A DNA stretch of 57,305 nt, filler included, from Squatina squatina (lineage: Eukaryota), in NCBI GenBank assembly GCA_031763465.1. It is 3 parts of 3 records of this genome, joined end to end, with 100 filler letters (N's around TTAATTAATTAA, not from the genome) between each part and the next. Parts side by side here need not be neighbours in the genome. Positions count along the whole stretch, not along the records: positions 1 to 26,281 come from JARFOE010000073.1; positions 26,382 to 44,162 come from JARFOE010000016.1; 1 more part is not named here. One strand, written 5' to 3'. Shown piece by piece: positions 22,783 through 36,849 of the stretch (position 1 is the stretch's first letter; every line of letters begins with the position of its first letter). A program made the translations under genes and the position numbers. A model generated the notes under the pieces. The model saw only the letters and a program-made list of their open reading frames with translations, did not search any database and had not been told where the DNA came from.

Positions 22783-25386
22783 TAAAATTGCTATTCAGTG
22801 TCGGGACTGCAGGGATTGGAGCCAAACTGACAGCAGTGCATTGGGGCACGTTTCCAGGTCTAGATCAAAATAAAACAGTGAGATAAAAGGGCCTCTAAGG
22901 GTTTAATTACCTCTGGTAACACACTATATAAAATTCCTTTGTGTGCTAATTGAAAGTGTTTATTTTAAGCAGGCAAGTGTGTTGAAACAGCAGATGACGG
23001 AATTTTACCTGAACACATTGAATGGAGTGATGTCAAAGCAAGTGAAATTCCTTAGCTGGTAAAAGCAAAATCTTGCTGCATAGCCAGATACTTGTAATTG
23101 TGCTAGAGTTATTACTTAGTCTGCACTTTGTAATTGACTATTCTGGAGAATTACTCTGGAGAGACTTTTCAGTGTCTCAGTGTGTTCAGTGTTGCAAATN
23201 NNNNNNNNNNNNNNNNNNNNNNNNNNNNNNNNNNNNNNNNNNNNNNNNNNNNNNNNNNNNNNNNNNNNNNNNNNNNNNNNNNNNNNNNNNNNNNNNNNNN
23301 NNNNNNNNNNNNNNNNNNNNNNNNNNNNNNNNNNNNNNNNNNNNNNNNNNNNNNNNNNNNNNNNNNNNNNNNNNNNNNNNNNNNNNNNNNNNNNNNNNNN
23401 NNNNNNNNNNNNNNNNNNNNNNNNNNNNNNNNNNNNNNNNNNNNNNNNNNNNNNNNNNNNNNNNNNNNNNNNNNNNNNNNNNNNNNNNNNNNNNNNNNNN
23501 NNNNNNNNNNNNNNNNNNNNNNNNNNNNNNNNNNNNNNNNNNNNNNNNNNNNNNNNNNNNNNNNNNNNNNNNNNNNNNNNNNNNNNNNNNNNNNNNNNNN
23601 NNNNNNNNNNNNNNNNNNNNNNNNNNNNNNNNNNNNNNNNNNNNNNNNNNNNNNNNNNNNNNNNNNNNNNNNNNNNNNNNNNNNNNNNNNNNNNNNNNNN
23701 NNNNNNNNNNNNNNNNNNNNNNNNNNNNNNNNNNNNNNNNNNNNNNNNNNNNNNNNNNNNNNNNNNNNNNNNNNNNNNNNNNNNNNNNNNNNNNNNNNNN
23801 NNNNNNNNNNNNNNNNNNNNNNNNNNNNNNNNNNNNNNNNNNNNNNNNNNNNNNNNNNNNNNNNNNNNNNNNNNNNNNNNNNNNNNNNNNNNNNNNNNNN
23901 NNNNNNNNNNNNNNNNNNNNNNNNNNNNNNNNNNNNNNNNNNNNNNNNNNNNNNNNNNNNNNNNNNNNNNNNNNNNNNNNNNNNNNNNNNNNNNNNNNNN
24001 NNNNNNNNNNNNNNNNNNNNNNNNNNNNNNNNAGACCTAAATTAAAAGGAATTGGGCACAGGAATTGGAGGTGCTGAATTGTGAAGAAATTGGCTTGATT
24101 AGACATTGATGTTTATTATGAGTTGAACTGCAAGAATGCACAAGAAAATTGAAAACTTTGCAAATGAAAATTTTGCACAGATATTTATCGATTTTGTAAC
24201 CCTATTCCAATCGGTGCCTAATTGCATTGAGGACGTATTTGCTGAAACTGCATTGAGGGACGTATTTGTCTAATCAGCCGGGACACTATACATTAAATTC
24301 TAACACACATTCCAACACATTTTCAGTATTAAAGTTTTTTAGAATGCAAGTGCACATATTCTTCAATGTGTAGCTTTCGTGTAGTGAATCTCCCTTTCCA
24401 CTGTTCTCAATGAGTTAGAGGATGTGCTGCTTTATAAGGACATGATCATAGTACCATGTAAAGTTGAATGTGTGTCTGTGCTCCTTTTTAAGATGTAGTT
24501 ACATTTTTGAAATGAATGATGGATTCATTTACAGGTCAGGTTGCAGATGAGAGCCCTGGGTTTGAATGAATGACAAGTCAATTAACAAGTTGGAGACCGT
24601 GTGGACCCAGTATGTTGTTGGAGAGAAGGAGCTGAAATTCACAGCATTTTAAGATTGCCTTGCAATGCAGTAGGTAGAGAGTGTAAATTATCCTAATTAT
24701 AAGCACCATTTGTTTAAATGTTGTACACGTACACCTAACTTGGAGCTGTGAATTGAGTGTCAGCTAAATGGAAAAAATGACCNNNNNNNNNNNNNNNNNN
24801 NNNNNNNNNNNNNNNNNNNNNNNNNNNNNNNNNNNNNNNNNNNNNNNNNNNNNNNNNNNNNNNNNNNNNNNNNNNNNNNNNNGCACAACATCTGACGCAC
24901 AATTACCTGTCTTATGGCAATTTTATCATGTAAATGTGATCCTGGAGAGCATTGTTTAGTAACCTGTCACTCCAAATCAAAGACAGAGGCCTGAGATTCT
25001 AAATTCAGCTTCGTGCTCTTAGTTTTAACTGATGGCAGCTCATGAGTCCCAAGTAATTGTGGGTTATTTATGCTCGAGTGTCACTGACATTGGGAATATC
25101 GCATATCTGCTGTCGATGACATTGCCTCAAAGTAAAATGATGTCTGCAAGTAAGGTAACAGAAAATTGTGTCTCGTAATCCACTAAACAATTTACTTACT
25201 ATTTTTCCTCTTTCTGCTGTTCTCCTCGCCATTAAGATTAAGCATTCCCATTGATGTCTGGGTAACGCATAATGCTGAAGTATTTTTTTTTGAATGCGTA
25301 AGTGTGTGTACGCAGGTATTTAGTCAAGATGACCAGAGTGAGAGAGTTCTTGATCTTTATCTGATACGATTCTGCTTTTCCTTCAG

Positions 25387-25501
25387 AGGGAAAATCAAGC
25401 GCATTGCTTTCCAATTTACACCATACAGCTGGGTGAAGTTTGAATGGAAACCAGCCTCGAATCTTCGCAGGTGGCTGGCAGTTTGTGGAATTATTTTCAT
25501 G
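25387..25501 (+). CDS. PTDSS2: Phosphatidylserine synthase 2, exon 9
   Basis: [38 protein letters not shown]; phase matches exon 8. Confidence 0.95.
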
Positions 25502-26190
25502 GTAAGGAATTGGATATATTGTATTGCAATTGGATGTGAATATTCATCTCGAAATTTGCTTTGCAGTATTTCAAAATATTTTGTATTTTTCGACACATTC
25601 ATTATTTGAGGTTAGAAATGGGAATAGTTTAATCCTTCATTCAATGCTGCAAATTTTAGCAATTGTTCAATAGTATTGGCAACTTGACACCTTTTTCCCC
25701 CTCCAATTATTTTATTTATCCATACTCCATGGGATAGGAGAGTCGATGGCCTGGAGAAGTTGGGCTCTGGGTTTATCATTGACCAGAAAACAGGCGTAAT
25801 TCTTGCACCGGTAATGTGGTCGGGGAATGAAACATTGTCCCAATCTCGACTTTTCCCCCTCCTCAAAAATCTGACGTGGAGCACTTCACAAGTACAGAGA
25901 TGTGAGTTTGAAGCCCTGCCTTTTGCTCCATTTCTGTTTGTCAACATCAACTTGGCTTTATAAGAAAAATGGGTAAAATGTGCATTTGTCTTGAGTTTTG
26001 TAGTCCAAGCACAGAGGTATTGACCCTTTTAGAATGATTTTATAAAAACTATAACACGTAATATTTGTATTTTCTGCAACAGAAAGAAAAAATGGTTCAG
26101 TTGTGCTATTTTTTTAATTGATTATTTACATTTGTTGCTCACTTTGTTATACTCCCAAGAGCTGAGCAGCCTGTTGTCTATGTTTTGCAG

Positions 26191-26281
26191 TTCTTGCTTG
26201 CGGAGTTAAATACGTTTTACTTGAAGTTTGTCCTCTGGATGCCCCCTGAACATTACCTGGTCTTGCTACGTCTAGTTTTCT
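26191..26281 (+). CDS. PTDSS2: Phosphatidylserine synthase 2, exon 10 (truncated at scaffold end)
   Basis: [30 protein letters not shown] after ttttgcag acceptor. Confidence 0.93.
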
Positions 26282-26325
26282 NNNNNNNNNNNNNNNNNNN
26301 NNNNNNNNNNNNNNNNNNNNNNNNN

Positions 26326-26337
26326 TTAATTAATTAA
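26326..26337. other. Artificial scaffold-concatenation linker
   Basis: TTAATTAATTAA (stops in all six frames) between two 44-N runs; gene content changes abruptly. Confidence 0.92.
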
Positions 26338-27485
26338 NNNNNNNNNNNNNNNNNNNNNNNNNNNNNNNNNNNNNNNNNNNNACAAAACTACCTAAAATAT
26401 ATTAACTAAATTATTCAGCCTCTCCTTTAGACTGAATGATCTTCACAACACCCAGAATTGTCCAAGTTCATGCTGTTTTCCAGAGTATTCAAAGTGCATT
26501 TCTTCTCCGATATCTCGAGGAGGAATACATTGATTTTCACAAAATGAATAAGATTCTCCGATAGATCGTAAATCAGGTGAAGCAAGCATGTATTTATTTT
26601 TGTAGTAGTTAGAATCGTAGAATCATACCGCAGAGAAGGAGGCCATTCAGCCCATTGTGCCTGTGCCAGACAGATGCATAGAAAAGTGTCTGGTTGGTGA
26701 GAATTAGTATCTGAAGATTTTATAACAAGGACAACTGAACATAACTCGAAATATGTATGGGTGGGAGAGCGAGAGATTAGGTAAGAAGTATAAAAATTAT
26801 GAAAAACATTCAAATTGGGATTTGATCAGGCCAAAATGAAAAATATTTAAATGAATTTGTAAACCAATTATTCATTTGGCTGAATTAGTTCTGTGTGCAG
26901 CTTTTTAACAGGTGCAGTTAGCTTGCACTGAGTGCTGCAATTCAAACTCTACTTCAAACAGTATCAATGTAACCTCGGGAATGTATGGAATAAATTCTGG
27001 TGTGCGAAGTTGGGACGTTTTCCAATTTAGGAAATTCTAATTGCTCAAACAGCATGGATTGGTAATATTGACAGAGAATGAGTGTCCAACTTCAAACTTA
27101 AAAAAAGCCAATCAATATTATTGACAATTTGAATAATGAGCCATAATTGCACATTTCTTTTGGTGCAGAGATGTTCATTACCTACCCCGCTTCTGATTTG
27201 CTGCTATCCTCACTGTGAAATGTTCAAATCAGCTTTCCAGTTAACTTTGTTTTAAATTCGCCACTGGAGTACCAAGGTGTACTGATGGTCTAACTAACTT
27301 CATTCATCACCAATATCGCCATTGCAGGAAATTCTATTCACTATTTTAATCATGTAAAAAGAAAACTGGCCATTTAGCTTGTGCTTGTGTCGACAAGTGG
27401 TATTCTCAATCTTCCGTGGAATAAAATTTTTGGATTCTGCCACCAATCATTGGCTTATCCTCTTCAATAAACTGAATTCCCTTGA

Positions 27486-27996
<511 letters not shown>

Positions 27997-28800
27997 GTGA
28001 GAATCAATCACTTTTGTTAAGCTGCTGGCTTCATTTTATAGATAAAGTAAAAGAGAGTATTTGATAGAGTGCAAATTCTCCACCTTTGCGTTATCGACAT
28101 GACATTTCCTCTTGGTCAGATCCTCTGTTTATATCTAGGTAATCCAGATTCAACATACAGACCCTCCACTGACTCAAACATCCAGCAGCATTATGATTTG
28201 TTTTAGAACAATATTCTCTCCAAGCTCATTATTGGAAGATGTATTTAGTGCAAATTTTAGTAATTAGTAGAAGTAATATCGGAAGGAGGATGAAAAGATG
28301 NNNNNNNNNNNNNNNNNNAAGTTTTTAAAAAGTTTGTCAAACACACTGATGCCAGTGATTGGAGTGTGTACAAAGCAAACTAGATAATCTTGCCCTGCCC
28401 TGAAAATGGATGTATTTGTTGTAGTACTGCCTGAGAAATTTTAGAGTGTATTTAAATTGCAGGTTTAGCGTGGATGCAAAGCGATTTACACTCTCCAGTG
28501 ATGCTAAACTGCGAAGGGTAGATTTTCCAAGTCCTTGCCTGTGGCGAGGTATCTCGACCATCAGAAAATCTGATCAGGGTGATAGTGTAAAACTGACCTG
28601 ACTGGAGTGAAGAGGATTGTGATTCCCTGGAGGAGGTAGTTTTACACCACTTATGTTTGATACTCCGTGGAGTATAGATCCAGTGCAACATCAAATGTGG
28701 TTTACAAAGTGCTTAGCTGCACTTCCTCGGCACCTTTCAAACCTTTCCTTAGTTGAAATACTTAGAGAGGATTCTGGCCTGCCCACTCTCTAAACATTTA

Positions 28801-29513
28801 GGGCATGAAATTCCCTGTTCCGGATTGCCTAGGTAATGTCCCCGGGAGGTGCACCCAGGGCGCTCAGCTGGTTTTGCTGGCTGGCGGTGCTCCAGCCTGC
28901 TGGTTTGGGGGCGGGTTTACGGAGACGCTGACAGGATGTGTCTCCGCTGCAGGGCGCGGCGAGAACCTCGCCGGTGCACGGTGAAAGTGACATCACCACT
29001 GTGCGCGCCGCCCCCTGAGCTACCCGGATCTTGAAACGGTGATGGTGCCTGGTCTTAGCATCAACAGCAGGAACTGTTGTTGCATAGTCGGCTCCCAGAT
29101 GCGGTGCCATTATGTAAAGGTGAGTGTTGCACTCAGCTTCTGAAGCGCCATTACCCTCTTGAATGGCAACGAGTAGTGGCTGGAGTTGAGACAAGTAGGT
29201 GAGGAAACATTTTCAAATCATCCTTTCACAATCTGAACTTGACAGCTGTTACATGAACGTCATTTGGGGTCTCAGTTCTTCAAAGTTCCTCAAGGGGGCT
29301 GTTCTGGCAGTGGACCAACTCCATTTGCTGCACCTGAGGAGGTATCTTGTGCGAAGGCGAAGGTGGCGCCAGGTGCATCGGCAAAGGGCCCAGAGAGGGA
29401 GGAACAAGGGGGGAAGAGTAGCTCAGGCTGAACCAGAGGGGTAACCTCTTGAAGATGCAGATGCTGAGGCACTTGTAGCTAGGCAGAGGCAGAGAGGAAG
29501 GCAGGCACAAACA
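28801..29513 (+). mobile_element. GC-rich DNA transposon fragment, possibly Harbinger-type
   Basis: gggcatgaaatt terminus like other MITE ends in the window; CpG-rich subterminal region; Arg-rich reading GAVLAV...RRRRWR. Confidence 0.5.
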
Positions 29514-29788
29514 NNNNNNNNNNNNNNNNNNNNNNNNNNNNNNNNNNNNNNNNNNNNNNNNNNNNNNNNNNNNNNNNNNNNNNNNNNNNNNNNNNNNNNN
29601 NNNNNNNNNNNNNGCCAGGCAGCAACGAAACAAAGTAAACAGGATTTCTGTCTGGCTGGAATCTAAACTCCACAATGTAACCGCGACTTTTTAAAGTTTT
29701 TTTTCACCATCGAATGTCGTGTAATATATTTAATTAAAAATGTAGATTCCTCTTTAACTAAGATTTGAAGTTTTTCTTTCACTAATAG

Positions 29789-29983
29789 AATCCAGGTTAT
29801 GTGGGGAGGCAGGAACTTCCTGAAAATCTCAAGATTAATTTCCGATCAGTGGCAATGATGGTACCTGATCGGCAGATCATCATCCGTGTCAAGCTGGCAA
29901 GCTGTGGATTCATAGACAACATTACCTTGGCTTGCAAGTTCTTCATGCTTTACAAATTGTGCGAGGAGCAGCTTTCCAAACAG
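29789..29983 (+). CDS. DNAH5: DNAH5(-like) exon
   Basis: [44 protein letters not shown]...EEQLSKQ. Confidence 0.9.
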
Positions 29984-30049
29984 GTGCAGTACCAGCCTGA
30001 TCCCCTGAAAACTTCATATATTTCTCAGAAGAAGATAAAGTGGTGCAGA

Positions 30050-30810
30050 AAAAGTTGGTGGTCCTTGGATGAGTAGTGATTTTAAAATGAGATTCAACAA
30101 AAAAGGCATATGACAAATCTAGTAGTAATAATGCAAAAGAATACCAAGCGGAACACAAGCATTATAGAGGGAAAGCAAAAAACTCTGAGAGGGTATACCA
30201 CAAGACTGGCAGGGAACTTAAAGGGAAATGGTACAGGTGCTTATCAACACAAATGAAAAAATATAGTTGGAGAAAAGTTAGTGCCGATTAAAGATGAAAG
30301 AGGCTGAAGGAATGGCAGAAATACCAAATGAGTACAGTGCTTCGGTTTCACAGGATACTGTGGTAGCGTGAATGAAGGGGCACAAGAGGAAGAGGTGGAT
30401 CCATTAGAAAGGATAACTAGATTAAGAAGTAGTACTGCAATAATTGCTGAAAAAGGCACTGGGCCCTTCTGGCATGCACCCTAGCCTATCAAGAGAACTC
30501 AGAGGATACGGCAGAGGCACTCACCATATTCTTTCAAATATTCTTGGATATGGAANNNNNNNNNNGTGTAAAACCTTTGTTCAAGAATGGAGAAGGTGAT
30601 AAACCAGTTAACTATGGACAGTCAGCCTAACATCGCCAGTGGGCAAGCTTCTGGAGGCCATAATAACAGGTGCAAAATTAAAATTCACCCAGCAAGACAT
30701 GGGTAAATTAAGGACCACCAACATAGATTTATAAGAGGCAAGTAGTGTCTAACTAAGTTAATAATGATCTTTGAGGCATTGACGGATAAAGAAAATGCAG
30801 TAGATTTTGT
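30050..30810 (+). mobile_element. Decayed CR1 ORF2 fragment
   Basis: PLFKNGEGDKPVNYGQSA and FIRGK*CLTKL resemble CR1 RT N-terminal motifs seen intact at 39368-39760. Confidence 0.75.
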
Positions 30811-31339
30811 GTCGAAATGATCTCGGTTAACTGAGCGCCTGTGAAAAGTCCCCTTGCTGCCACCACGATTGGTAACAATTCTTAGACAGATCCCAAGGAG
30901 ATTTCTGAAAAACATCTATTGTATTTCGATGTTTTTTTAGTNNNNNNNNNNNNNNNNNNNNNNNNNNNNNNNNNNNNNNNNNNNNNNNNNNNNNNNNNNN
31001 NNNNNNNNNNNNNNNNNNNNNNNNNNNNNNNNNNNNNNNNNAACCACAAAGAAGGAGAGGGACATGGAGAGGCAGTGGGGCTTAGGGAGGGAATTCCAGA
31101 GCATGGGGAAAGCTGGTTGGCTTCAATTAATACACTAGAAATGGACTTATATGGGAGTATAATATTTAAGCAGTACAACATTGGTCTAGGTTGGAATTTG
31201 ACCCAGGTCCCAGAGGGACAAAGGCTACTCTAGCTTAATGCATCAATCAGTTGCCTGACATGCCTTTTTTATTTTATTTGTATTGCAATCATTGGCGCTG
31301 CTGAAAGGCATTAGCTGTTTCTTAAGTATTTCAGGTTAA

Positions 31340-31561
<222 letters not shown>

Positions 31562-34213
31562 TAAACGTGCAAGATTTGAATACTTGATAAATTAATATTT
31601 GTACTTCAAGGAACTTTGTTTGTATTAGAAAATAAAATGAATACTGGTCTAAATATTGTGTTCACTATGTAGACTCTTAAAAATGTTACCTAATTTTTGG
31701 TAAGTTTTATTTTTGGGTATGTGGTGTGGTGGGTAAGGAACTGACCTTTTTGTTGAAATGGTTAAGTAGATTTTTTTTTTGGTAAATATGATTGGAGCAA
31801 AAATGAAATTGAGAGAAAAGTTTTGTGCAGAATGATTGGTGAATAACAGAAGTAAAAAAAAAACTTTAGTTGATGAACACAAAGACACGACCTGATAAAG
31901 AAGCAAACTGAAAAATACAATGATCACAGCATGGACAACCAATGTAAATTACATGACCAACCGACAGGTCTTTTTCTAAAGATACAAATTTTTCACTTCT
32001 GACTGTAATTATATTTTGTTATACAAACAGAACTCCGTGCACTATTTGTACTGAAGCTGGATCCAACATTCTGCAATCTTAGTGACTTTACGGTAATGGT
32101 GTATGTTCACAAGAGACCGATTTCTGTTCATGTATAATTTACACAGCAACAGATGAACCATAGTAAACAAGATTTTAATGAAACAGCTTTTGGCAAGTTA
32201 CTGAATAATGCACCTGCCGTGTCTTTTTTCTGAACCATGGGGTACTGAAGATGCCTCTGGAATGTTTTCCTCCAGTATCTACAGCTGTATCTTTCTTCCT
32301 ATGGTAAAGATTTTCATGTCCTACCTCATCAAATTTCCCTCCAGCGGTGAATGATTTTCTGTCTGGTTTAGAACAAATCTAATGCATGGACTTTTAAAAC
32401 ATCACTAAGTTGTTCTAACAGAAGTCAATATACTGATCCAAAAACAAATATGCATGGATTTGTCTAACCCTTTGCAACCCCTGATGTTTCCCAGAAAAAT
32501 CCACCAAGCTAAACTAGCAATTGTTTTCAGCGCTGCCAAATACACTTATGTGGCGTTCTATTCAGTATGTACACGGATTCAACGCAAGGTGGTTTCCCAT
32601 GTATAGACCATAGTTCATCAAGCAAATGCGCATGTGGTTGTAGTACTGGCCAAACTTCTTTTGGAAGTATGTTCCACAATAATTGTTCCAGACAATGCCA
32701 GGGAATCAATAATCTTAAGATCAGCACCAAAAGAACGTAGGGAGAGGACGGGGATTTTTTTTGATTACTCAGGGTATTAGTAAGCGGGAAGCTCCACCAC
32801 AAACAATGGTGGGAGCAGCATTCATGAAGACTTTTAAAAGGGAAGTGATATTTGAAAGATCAGATAACCATGAAATAGAAGAAGGTGATAAGAGGAAAGT
32901 TTAAGATTTTACCAGCATAGCATATATAAAAAAAAATTAAGTGTAAGCTATGCTCATGATGAAGCACCGCGTATAACAATGTTCATTATGTGAAAACAAT
33001 TATTAATATAAAGAGATAAATAGGAAGTTTTCATTAGAAACATCACCTCGCCAACGTTCAATAAATTCATTAAGGAAAGTTAAGTGGGGTTTTGTTGTTA
33101 TGAATTCGACTTTGTACTATCTATGATGGCAATGGTCTGTAAACCTTCAGTGTTTTTTTAAGCTCTGTTTGGAGAGTTGGACTGTGTTCTCCTTTTAGGT
33201 GCCTTTCTTTGAAGATTGTAATGTCTAAACTCGAAGAAATAGCAATGCTGCAAAGATTTACGGCGAACGTATATTCCAACACTACCTCACGTAGATTACT
33301 TCCAGGATAAGGTTAGGAGGTAACGATGTTCCAAGTTGTTACCTTTGTTGTTCACCTCCCAACAACATTGGAACAATAATTTATAAAAGCAATACATTAT
33401 GTAGTGATTATTCTGTTGCAAATAACACTTCTGGGGAGAGTCCAAAACTAGGGGCAATAAATATAAGATAATCACTAATAAATCCAATAAAGAATTCAAA
33501 AGAAACTTCTTTATCCAGAGAGTGGTGAGAATGTGGAACTCGCTACCAGGAAGTGGTTGAGGTGAATAGTATAGATGCCTTTAAAGGGAAGTTGAATACA
33601 TGGGGGAGAAAGTAATAGAAGGTTATGCAGAAAGGNNNNNNNNNNNNNNNNNNNNNNNNNNNNNNNNNNNNNNNNNNNNNNNNNNNNNNNNNNNNNNNNN
33701 NNNNNNNNNNNNNNNNNNNNNNNNNNNNNNNNNNNNNNNNNNNNNNNNNNNNNNNNNNNNNNNNNNNNNNNNNNNNNNNNNNNNNNNNNNNNNNNNNNNN
33801 NNNNNNNNNNNNNNNNNNNNNNNNNNCCTGGTATTTGTCATGAAGTGGAATAAACATTTCCCCATGCCAGGTTTGGCTGTATCTGGATTTCAGAGACCCA
33901 ATGAATAAATAGCCACCACTCCTCTCACGAGACTACCAGGCTTGAAATTCAATTCAAAATACATTTTTTTTTAAATGGTACCGGTCAGGGTGAGGAATTT
34001 CTGAAAGAAGGTTTAGTGCCTCTCTAGGGAAAGAGAGGACAGTTGTGGAGCATTATCCCCAGGCCGCTCTAGCACCTCCTAGTGATTGGTTTTGTCAGTC
34101 TCCAGGAAACAATTTTTGAATTCTTACATTAAAATGATGCATTCTGGTTGATTTAAGCGTTTTTATAGTCAACAATTAATAGATTTTTAAAATATAAACA
34201 AAGAGGAAAAACT

Positions 34214-35112
34214 TCAAGGTTGAACAGGTAGGACCTTCATTGCAATTGGGGACTGCCATGTGGTTGTGCGACATGTAGAGAATGAGTGAGCTATAAAAGT
34301 TCCCCTCATGTGCCCTTGAATGTCCTTGGGCCGTGGTTTCCCATTATTTTTTTCTCTTCCAAAATATGTAGGATAGATAGATTTGATGTTGCACCCAAAT
34401 TGCAAAGACTCTCGGCAACATATGCGATCTAACATTAGTTTTAAATGCGAGAAATTAACAACATGGAAATTAAATAAATCTGGCACCAGTATGGCTTATC
34501 TTGGGCACTTTGGGAGGGAAGGGAAAACACAGCGCTGGAAAGCCACCTGAAGTGGAACCTGGCAAGCATAGCTAAAAGGTATTCGGTCATTGAACTCAGT
34601 CCACTTCATAAAACTGCTGATTTGAAGTGTTTCATCAGCAACCGAGGCCATGACACCATCCTGGAAACCTCTGTGTGCCACACTTCTGCAGGCTGCTTTG
34701 TACCAGACACTGGTATCTTGCTGGCATCCAGTACAATCAGGGCAGAGAAGGACAGAGCAACAAGATGTCCAGCGGGTAACGCCATCCTGCCAGCCCTGCC
34801 TCTTTTTATGAGGTCGAGTTTCCAAAGAGTGGATGGAACTTCCGCCCAACCCCATCCTTCATGGGAAACTTGCGATAGACTAGCTTTGGGGTGGTAACCC
34901 AATGTTACTGGGTCATGTCCCATTTTCTGTCTCCACCACATCAGAGTTGCTCAACTTCCATCCTAGGTACTCCACTGGCCCAGAGGGGCCATAGTATTTT
35001 AGGAAATACAGTCAGAGAGAGAAGGGAAAAAAACCACTGCCAGTCTAGAAAGACCACTGCGATCAATGTTATGGAATGGCGTAATGCAGAGGTTTCCTGC
35101 TTTGTAGTTTTA
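34214..35112 (-). pseudogene. Candidate decayed coding block antisense in a DNAH5 intron, unknown family
   Basis: ORFs 34496-34855 and 34214-34486 are in one frame separated by a single stop (214 codons); acceptor-like ctccttaag at 35113 opens a further 57-codon frame. Confidence 0.4.
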
Positions 35113-35345
35113 CTTAAGGAGATGAACAGCATGCATTCCTATAAATATGAATATGTTAACATTTTATACTTAAACTACACACATGGACATTATCTGCATA
35201 CAATTATCTGTATTTGCTATTAAATAACAGTATCCATATAATTATTTCAGGGAAATGTAATGATTCCAGCAGTTACATGTCTTACTGTTACATTGGTAAT
35301 TGTTCTAAGATTTCTTTTCATTTAAATATACTGAATGTGTTGTAG

Positions 35346-35587
35346 GTGAACACATTTGGCTTGTACTAGATGGCCCTGTTGATGCTATTTGGATAGAAAA
35401 TCTTAATTCTGTCCTCGATGACAACAAGACTCTCACTTTGGCAAATGGAGATCGTATCCCAATGGCCTCAAACTGCAAAATAGTTTTTGAGCCTCACAAC
35501 ATTGACAATGCTTCTCCTGCCACTGTCTCTAGGAATGGGATGGTGTACATGAGCGCCTCGGTACTTGACTGGAGGCCTATTTTAGAG
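35346..35587 (+). CDS. DNAH5: DNAH5(-like) exon, AAA2
   Basis: [39 protein letters not shown]...WRPILE. Confidence 0.9.
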
Positions 35588-36849
35588 GTCAGTGACTGTC
35601 GCTTGAGCAGTAATCAGAAAGTTCCATTGAGGCATGCAGATAGAATCATAAAAAATGTATCTTATTATTATGATACAAATGTGCAAATCCAAAAATACCT
35701 ACGCCAGTGTTTGACTTACTAGAATTTGTACAAAGTTGGGCATGTGTAGCAACAGGATGATTGTGCTGATAAGTTTTTTTGCAAGGTATTGAACATTGTA
35801 CAAAGCTCTGTGAGATTGGATGAAGTGTTTAGAGTATTGACAGGACTTGTGTGAGAGTGCAACTCTAAGTGGATGATCTTCAGGACAGATAGGGGGCGAA
35901 ATTGTGTTCCTTAGCACCTCCTGTTAGCGCCCCTGGAGGGCAATAACAGGGCGCAAATGATTTTGCGTCAACGCTACGACATTATGCCCGGAGTTCGAGA
36001 TGTCATCGTTGTGCACATCACCCAGGTAGCGCCCTGGACCCGAAAGTATGTTCCGCTCTCTGCAGTATTCCCGGGCGAAAACACTGACAGCTGCTGGAGG
36101 CGNNNNNNNNNNNNNNNNNNNNNNNNNNNNNNNNNNNNNNNNNNNNNNNNNNNNNNNNNNNNNNNNNNNNNNNNNNNNNNNNNNNNNNNNNNNNNNNNNN
36201 NNNNNNNNNNNNNNNNNNNNNNNNNNNNNNNNNNNNNNNNNNNNNNNNNNNNNNNNNNNNNNNNNNNNNNNNNNNNNNNNNNNNNNNNNNNNNNNNNNNN
36301 NNNNNNNNNNNNNNNNNNNNNNNNNNNNNNNNNNNNNNNNNNNNNNNNNNNNNNNNNNNNNNNNNNNNNNNNNNNNNNNNNNNNNNNNNNNNNNNNNNNN
36401 NNNNNNNNNNNNNNNNNNNNNNNNNNNNNNNNNNNNNNNNNNNNNNNNNNNNNNNNNNNNNNNNNNNNNNNNNNNNNNNNNNNNNNNNNNNNNNNNNNNN
36501 NNNNNNNNNNNNNNNNNNNNNNNNNNNNNNNNNNNNNNNNNNNNNNNNNNNNNNNNNNNNNNNNNNGTGGGTCTGGAGTCACAGAAAGGCCAGACCAGGT
36601 AAGGATGGCAGATTCCCTTCCCTAAGGGACATTAGTGAACCAGATGGGTTTTTACAACAATCTGATAGTTTCATGGTCACCATTACTGACACTAGATTTT
36701 TTTAAATTCCAGATTATTTAATTAACTGAATTTAAATTCCACAGCTGCTGTGGAAAAATGGTAGTCCATGACCTAAAACTCTTCTTTGTTGTTGAGCGAT
36801 TCAAACTGCAGACTGTACATAGAAATTAATTATTATTTTCTTTTACCAG

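Noticed and set aside
23073-24106. Long ORFs in the track here and at 35957-36625, 37345-38355, 40775-41293
   Set aside because: They are runs of X across N gaps, not coding sequence.
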